Positions 25,307 through 30,627 of a DNA stretch of 30,627 bases are shown here, in pieces. The DNA lies in IMG/VR virus record IMGVR_UViG_3300020042_001755, positions 1-30,627 of that record; one strand, written 5' to 3'. Position 1 is the first letter of the stretch. The number at the start of each line of letters is the position of its first letter. The translations under genes were made by a program, and so were the position numbers. Under the pieces are notes generated by a model that worked only from the letters and a program-made list of their open reading frames with translations, was not told the DNA's origin and did no database searches. Source of the DNA: a virus (Duplodnaviria > Caudoviricetes).

Positions 25307-27568
25307 ATGAATGAAGTAGAGATACCATTAAAGATAAGTGGCATAGGTGCAATCAAAGCAGAACTAAGAGCTTTAAAAGGTGAGATAGCCAACGCTACTG
25401 ATCCCGAGTCAATGGCGGCCCTTGCAATGAAAGCAGGTGAACTAAGCGACAAGTTAAAAGATGCTAATGAGGCCGTAGCTACATTTGCTACAGGTTCAAA
25501 GTTTGAAGGTATAAGTAACTCGTTTAGTGGTATTAAAGATAGTTTAATGTCTTTAGACTTTGCAGAAGCTGCAGAGCGTGCTAAGGTATTTGCTTCAGCA
25601 ATGGGACAAATAAAGCCTGATGATATTAGCAAGGCGTTTAGTGGATTAACAAGCACTATCGGTTCAATAGGTAAGGCGTTTGTTTCATTAGGGCAAACAA
25701 TGTTAGCCAACCCTATCTATTTAATTGCTGCGGTAATTGCAGGTATTATAGCTATCGTGGTTTTATTGATGTCTAAGTTAGGTTACTTAGAGCAAATCAC
25801 TGAGGGTGTTGGTGTGGCCTTTGATGCACTTATAGAAATCATAAAAGAATTTGGTGAGTCTATGGGTATTGCAGCTGCAGAAAGCGAAGAGTTTAAAGCA
25901 ATGCAGGAAGCAAACACTGAAGCTAACAAGGCTTATGAGCAGGGAGCTGTTGACGCTATAATGGTAACTAATGAAGTAGGTACGGCTTTTGAGATGGCGG
26001 CTTCGGGTGTAATGTCTAAAGAGGAAGCACTAGCTGTATATAACGAAAAGTTAGGAGATACCTTTGGAGCGGCTACTACACTAGAACAAGCTGAGGCAAA
26101 CTATGTCGCTAAAACAGGTGCTTACATTGAAGCAACAATGGCTAGAGCTAGAGCAGAAGTCTTTGCTAAGAAGGCAGCAGAAGAAGCGGCTAAAGCAATT
26201 ACAGCTAAAACAAAAGATAACACTACAGCATTAGATAAGACAGGTTCGTGGATAAGCAAAAACAAAGCTTTAACTGTTGGGCTTACTGTTGTTACAGGTG
26301 GTTTAGCGGGAGCAGTCTTAGGTGCGGTTACAGTAATGAATACTAGTAACGAGTCTTTACACTCTAAGAATAAAAAGAGAACTAAGGAGCAGGAAAAACT
26401 ACACAATAAAACTGCAAACTTATATGAAGAAGAAGCAAAAAAAGCCTTGCAAACAGCACTTGAATTAGAGAAGGCTAATAAGATTACTCACAATGGACAA
26501 GTAAAGAAAACTAAAAACCATAAAGCAGAAGCAGACAAAAGAGCAGCAGAAGCAGAAAAGGAAGCTAAGCGTTTATATGATATTGAAGTCAAAGCAAATG
26601 AAGAGCGTATCAAAATAGAGGATGCTCAGTTTGACTTAATGAATGAGATTACAATGTCAGCACAGGAGAAGGAAATTTTAGCTATACAAAAGGACTATGA
26701 TAAAAAGTTTGAGGTAGCTAAGGGTAACGCTGAACTTGAAAAGTTATTAACTGAGAAACAAGCTAAAGAAGTTTCAGAGGTAAGAGCTAAGGTTGCTAAA
26801 GAAGATGCTGAGAAATTAGCAGCTGCACAAAAGGCCGCTAGTGATTTAATCTTTGAACTGAAAGCTACTGATGAGGAAAAAGAAATAAAGCAATTAGAGA
26901 CAAAGTATGAAACTGAATTAAAGCTTTTAGGTGATAGCATAGAGGGCAAACTTTTACTTGCTGAAAAACTAGAAAAAGACCGTACAGAAATAGAGAATAA
27001 GTACGCACTTGAAAGGATAGCAACAGCAGAAACCGAAAGGCAAGCTAAGCTCCAGGTAGCGACTCAAGTAGTTAACGGTATTGCTACTTTAGGTAACGCA
27101 TTTATTAAAGACCAAAAGAAACTAGAGAAATTTAACAAAGCAAGTGCTTTAGTACAAATCGGAATAGATACGGCTAAGGCTATATCTTCTTTGGTAGCAA
27201 TGTCTCAGGCTAACCCATTGAACGCTGTAACAGCGGGAACTGCAGGAATTGCACAATTCGCTAGTGGTATAGTTTCAATCCTTACTAACATAGCTAAGGC
27301 AAAACAATTACTAACTAATCCAGGTGCAAGTGCAAGCGGTGACACAAGCGGTGGTGGTGGTGGCGGTGGTGACACAGGTAACACTTCTACAACTTCAGCA
27401 ACCCCTTCAATTAATTTGTTTGGACAAGGCAACAATGCTAACTCTATAAGCTCAGGCACTTCAGTAGAAACTAACAACGGCATGGTAGTAACAGCTATAG
27501 TAAGTGAAACACAAATAACCAATGTTCAAAATAAGATAAACAAAATAAATAAAAACGCAGAACTATGA
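25307..27568 (+). CDS. Tape measure protein
   Basis: 753 aa, Ala/Glu/Lys-rich coiled coil, ANPIYLIAAVIAG hydrophobic segment, Gly/Ser-rich C-terminal linker. Confidence 0.8.
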   Translation: MNEVEIPLKISGIGAIKAELRALKGEIANATDPESMAALAMKAGELSDKLKDANEAVATFATGSKFEGISNSFSGIKDSLMSLDFAEAAERAKVFASAMGQIKPDDISKAFSGLTSTIGSIGKAFVSLGQTMLANPIYLIAAVIAGIIAIVVLLMSKLGYLEQITEGVGVAFDALIEIIKEFGESMGIAAAESEEFKAMQEANTEANKAYEQGAVDAIMVTNEVGTAFEMAASGVMSKEEALAVYNEKLGDTFGAATTLEQAEANYVAKTGAYIEATMARARAEVFAKKAAEEAAKAITAKTKDNTTALDKTGSWISKNKALTVGLTVVTGGLAGAVLGAVTVMNTSNESLHSKNKKRTKEQEKLHNKTANLYEEEAKKALQTALELEKANKITHNGQVKKTKNHKAEADKRAAEAEKEAKRLYDIEVKANEERIKIEDAQFDLMNEITMSAQEKEILAIQKDYDKKFEVAKGNAELEKLLTEKQAKEVSEVRAKVAKEDAEKLAAAQKAASDLIFELKATDEEKEIKQLETKYETELKLLGDSIEGKLLLAEKLEKDRTEIENKYALERIATAETERQAKLQVATQVVNGIATLGNAFIKDQKKLEKFNKASALVQIGIDTAKAISSLVAMSQANPLNAVTAGTAGIAQFASGIVSILTNIAKAKQLLTNPGASASGDTSGGGGGGGDTGNTSTTSATPSINLFGQGNNANSISSGTSVETNNGMVVTAIVSETQITNVQNKINKINKNAEL

Positions 27569-28014
27569 TAAGTCTACAGGCCCTAATAAACGAAATAAAA
27601 ACTTTTTACGATGGACATTTACAAGTTAAGAAGTTTGGCTGTGATTTTAAAGAGCAGTTATTTAACTTTGCTACTAAAGATGAGCGTTACCCTATTGTGT
27701 TTGCCGTACCTAATTCAGCCACACCTACCGAAAACACGACTGAGTTTACTTTTGATATTTATTGCTTTGATATAATACAAAAAGATAGGGCAAACATACA
27801 GGTAATACTTTCAGATTGTCACCAAATATTAAATGATCTATATGTATACTTTCAAATGAGTAACAACTATACTTTTGATATAATAGGAATTCCTGTATTT
27901 ACACCTTTAAACAATGATTTATTAGACTATGCAGCAGGGTGGCAAATGACTATCACAATGTGCGTAAATGATTGGACTGATTGTGCCGTACCTTTACTAA
28001 ACAATATAGACTAA
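27565..28014 (+). CDS. Putative tail terminator/completion protein
   Basis: 149 aa; RYPIVF and DYAAGWQMTI motifs; located in the tail module. Confidence 0.55.
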   Translation: MISLQALINEIKTFYDGHLQVKKFGCDFKEQLFNFATKDERYPIVFAVPNSATPTENTTEFTFDIYCFDIIQKDRANIQVILSDCHQILNDLYVYFQMSNNYTFDIIGIPVFTPLNNDLLDYAAGWQMTITMCVNDWTDCAVPLLNNID

Positions 28015-28027
28015 TAGACTAATATAG
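27999..28027 (+). promoter_or_regulatory. Putative late promoter AAAC-N18-AATATAG (repeat copy)
   Basis: AAAC 27999-28002, AATATAG 28021-28027, ATG 28030. Confidence 0.75.
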
Positions 28028-28029
28028 TT

Positions 28030-29895
28030 ATGAGCATACCTAACAATTGGGGAGATTGGAGACCTAACCTAACACCTCACACTGGAGATTTACAGGCAAC
28101 CGATTTAATTGAGTGTACTATGATTGTGGGCGGTGTACCTGTTAACACAGCTATTACAGGCCAACAGATTATAGATGCAGCTTCGGGTGGTGGATTAACT
28201 ACTGCTGATAGGATGGTGATTGTAGGTAGAAACTCTACAGGTGTAACTCTATATGCGGGTACAATTATATATATTTCGGGAAGCACAGGCAACAGGCCTA
28301 ACTATGTTAAAGCACAGGCAAACACTGAAGCAACAAGTGCGGGTACTTTTGGTGTAATTGTAGCGGACATTGCTAACAACTCAGACGGTAACGCTTTAAT
28401 AATTGGAACGCTAGATAACTTAGATACTAGAGCTGTAGCTACTCATCCATTTACAACCGATACTTTGGTAGATGGTGACACGCTTTATTTAAGCCCTACT
28501 GTTGCGGGTTATGTTACAAGGGTAAAACCTTCGGCTCCTAATCACATTGTGTATGTTGGTAAGGTAATACGAACTTCACCAACTTTAGGTACTATAGTAT
28601 ATAGAATTCAAAACGGTTATGAGCTTAACGAAATACACGATGTAGAAATAACCTCAGTAGCCAATAATGATTTAATACAATATGATAGTGCTTCATTACT
28701 TTGGAAAAATAGAAGTTTATTAACTGCAGGTATACAACCTACTTTAGTAAGTGGTACAAATATTAAAACAATTAACTCTACTTCTTTATTGGGTAGCGGA
28801 AATATTGCTATATCAAGCGGTTTAACGGTAGGAACAACCGCTATAACTTCGGGCACTGTAGGAAGGGTTTTATTTGAGGGTACAGGCAATGTATTACAGC
28901 AAAGTGCAGGATTATCATTTGCAACGGCAAACAATCAATTAACTATTGGGACTTCTACTTATTTAAGAGGCGGGACAAGTTATTTAGATTCATTCGCTTC
29001 GGGATGGGGATTATATAATTGTGGATTGCAAAGTACATTTTATGGAAATAATAAAGACCTTTGGAATCTTAATACATTATCAATAGGATTTGCCTCGGCA
29101 ACGGCTCGACTTGATGTAAGAGCACAAGGTGCGTTAAGTACTGATATAGCTTTTAGGGTTCGTAATAGTGCTAATACTTTTGACCGATTAAGCGTAACAG
29201 GAACTGCTTTTAGTATAATAACATCGAGTAGGGCGGAAATGTCTGTTACTGCAAATGCAGTTAATTTTGGATTAGATAATCATACTGTTACATTTACACA
29301 TAGTTCACCCGGCCAAGTTTTGCAAACTCAAAGAAGTAATTGGACGGCAATGGCTCATTTTGCAACTTTGGGCTTAACAAATACCGAAACATTAACGGAA
29401 GGTAGCACAATTTTTGGAGCAACGATAAGAACAGGAACTTTAACTAATGTTCAAAACAAAATGCACTTTGTTTGTGATACTGCAAAATGGGGATTGGCAG
29501 GAACTTATTCAGCAGGTTTTCAATGGTATAAAGGTACTTCATCGGGAGACGCTGCTTTTAGCACTTCAGTATTGCCTTCTATTACTACTGCAAATCGCCA
29601 AATGTGGTTAACGCCTGAAAGCAGTTTATTGCTTAGCAATACAACAGGAATAACTTATACGACTAATGTAGACTCTTTCCAAATGTATTCCAATGATATT
29701 GTAGGGGGTAATGCAGCACCACATTTTAGAACTGAAAACGGAAACATTATTAAACTTTATCAACAAGCAACAGGCGGTGCAGCATCAACATTTGTAGTGG
29801 GAGTAGGTACAGCAGTAAACGATGCAAGTACATTTGATGGTTATACATTAGGACAAATAGTTAAAGCATTAAGAAATACAGGTATATTAGCATAA
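28030..29895 (+). CDS. Tail fibre / receptor-binding protein, allele 2 (621 aa)
   Basis: Near-identical to allele 1 up to FRVRNSANT and in the last ~38 aa; unrelated in between. Confidence 0.8.
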   Translation: MSIPNNWGDWRPNLTPHTGDLQATDLIECTMIVGGVPVNTAITGQQIIDAASGGGLTTADRMVIVGRNSTGVTLYAGTIIYISGSTGNRPNYVKAQANTEATSAGTFGVIVADIANNSDGNALIIGTLDNLDTRAVATHPFTTDTLVDGDTLYLSPTVAGYVTRVKPSAPNHIVYVGKVIRTSPTLGTIVYRIQNGYELNEIHDVEITSVANNDLIQYDSASLLWKNRSLLTAGIQPTLVSGTNIKTINSTSLLGSGNIAISSGLTVGTTAITSGTVGRVLFEGTGNVLQQSAGLSFATANNQLTIGTSTYLRGGTSYLDSFASGWGLYNCGLQSTFYGNNKDLWNLNTLSIGFASATARLDVRAQGALSTDIAFRVRNSANTFDRLSVTGTAFSIITSSRAEMSVTANAVNFGLDNHTVTFTHSSPGQVLQTQRSNWTAMAHFATLGLTNTETLTEGSTIFGATIRTGTLTNVQNKMHFVCDTAKWGLAGTYSAGFQWYKGTSSGDAAFSTSVLPSITTANRQMWLTPESSLLLSNTTGITYTTNVDSFQMYSNDIVGGNAAPHFRTENGNIIKLYQQATGGAASTFVVGVGTAVNDASTFDGYTLGQIVKALRNTGILA

Positions 29896-29910
29896 ACAAA
29901 AACATAAATT

Positions 29911-30219
29911 ATGAGCATTTTAATTAAAGCAACAGAGACAAAAGAAATTTTAATCGCAGGAACTGAATTTAAACTTAGTGAAGTTTATGGTAGATTAGAA
30001 TTCGCAGCTAGGGCAAACGGTACTACTTTAGAAATTTCAGTAGCTACTTATGTAAATGGTGAAACTTATACACAAGGTATGTTATTATATACCGATATAC
30101 CCGCAGGTAATATAAACGCTACTTTAGAACCAGGTGAATTGCAATCTTTAGAGATGGCACACAAGTACGCTAAACTAGCATACGAAAATTTAGGTTATGA
30201 AGTAATAATAAACTTATAA
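29911..30219 (+). CDS. Allele 2 of the 102-aa protein
   Basis: Close match to 1737..2045. Confidence 0.7.
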   Translation: MSILIKATETKEILIAGTEFKLSEVYGRLEFAARANGTTLEISVATYVNGETYTQGMLLYTDIPAGNINATLEPGELQSLEMAHKYAKLAYENLGYEVIINL

Positions 30220-30220
30220 A

Positions 30221-30627
30221 ATGGCATACGCAAACAACGGTGAATTTAATGTACTTTAGACACTACAGGCGGGTCCTATTCTTACAATAGTGAGGCCTTG
30301 CGTAAAGGAAGGTTTAATTGATTACGGTACGCTATACGAAAGTGTAAGGATCAATGCAAAGGTACCCGCTTTAGGTAACTTAGAAATTCAGATTATAGCA
30401 ATGTATTACTTTGGTTTCTTAAACAATGGTGCTAACCTTTGGAACGGTGGAGTAATAGAACCGTTTTTGTTATGCGCTCAATTAACTACAGAGCTAGATA
30501 ATCAAGGTATTACTAATGAAATTTATGCTCAGTACACTGATTGGTTAACTAAGCGTTACCCTATTTTGCAAGTAGCTACTATTTTAGAAAGTCAAAAGAA
30601 AATTACTTATTCATTTGAGCCAATAGG
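30221..30627 (+). pseudogene. Interrupted, end-truncated copy of the 2047..2490 gene (possibly artefactual)
   Basis: A 44-nt replacement at 30259-30302 creates TAG at codon 13 (30257-30259); the original frame resumes afterwards. Confidence 0.6.

Larger units (their letters stand above)
96..28029. mobile_element. One unit-length tailed bacteriophage genome (27,934 bp with fibre allele 1; 28,174 bp with allele 2), probable Bacteroidota host
   Basis: Terminase, portal, capsid, tail, lysis and replication modules are all present. The sequence recurs at offset 27,934 before the fibre cassette and 28,174 after it. No integrase or host genes seen. Confidence 0.93.
27999..30627 (+). repeat. Long imperfect terminal direct repeat, copy 2
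   Basis: Aligns to 65-2453; 240 bp longer because of the fibre cassette. Confidence 0.97.

Noticed and set aside
27339-27377. GGT/GGC run flanked by GGTGACACA in the tape measure gene
   Set aside because: Explained by a poly-Gly linker; in-frame, no phase-variation implication.
683-28934. Shadow ORFs in the track (e.g. 683..955, 2940..3131, 3794..4081, 4426..4698, 13377..13565, 15324..15512, 20683..21012, 25300..25710, 27205..27522, 28617..28934)
   Set aside because: Antisense or out-of-frame to well-supported genes or the origin, with no motifs or initiation context.
1-30627. Tandem prophage array
   Set aside because: No integrase, att-like boundary or host genes visible.

Overview
The window is essentially one complete small (~28 kb), AT-rich tailed-phage genome plus ~2.6 kb of overlap. 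The host is probably Bacteroidota (TAnnTTTG-type promoters, A-rich leaders without Shine-Dalgarno, VirE_N-type primase-helicase). Modules present: head, tail, packaging, lysis (holin, GH108 endolysin, u-spanin-like lipoprotein), replication/recombination (primase-SF3 helicase with adjacent iteron origin, VRR-NUC, ERF, YqaJ-like nuclease, SSB) and an ECF-like sigma factor. I saw no integrase, DNA polymerase, tRNA or CRISPR. Positions 65-2453 recur at 27999-30627 as a diverged allele with a different tail-fibre distal cassette; most likely two co-occurring strains were joined by the assembler. The most interesting signal is a candidate regulatory circuit. (i) A ~55-nt two-hairpin RNA at ~11047-11104 has a 9-nt loop (UCAUAGCGU) exactly complementary to the start-codon context ACGCT-ATG-A shared by three early/replication genes. 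(ii) A conserved AAAC-N18-AATATAG element, mostly 2 nt before an ATG, heads five late gene blocks and is the likely target of the phage sigma factor. All family assignments are from motif recognition by eye; no searches were run.
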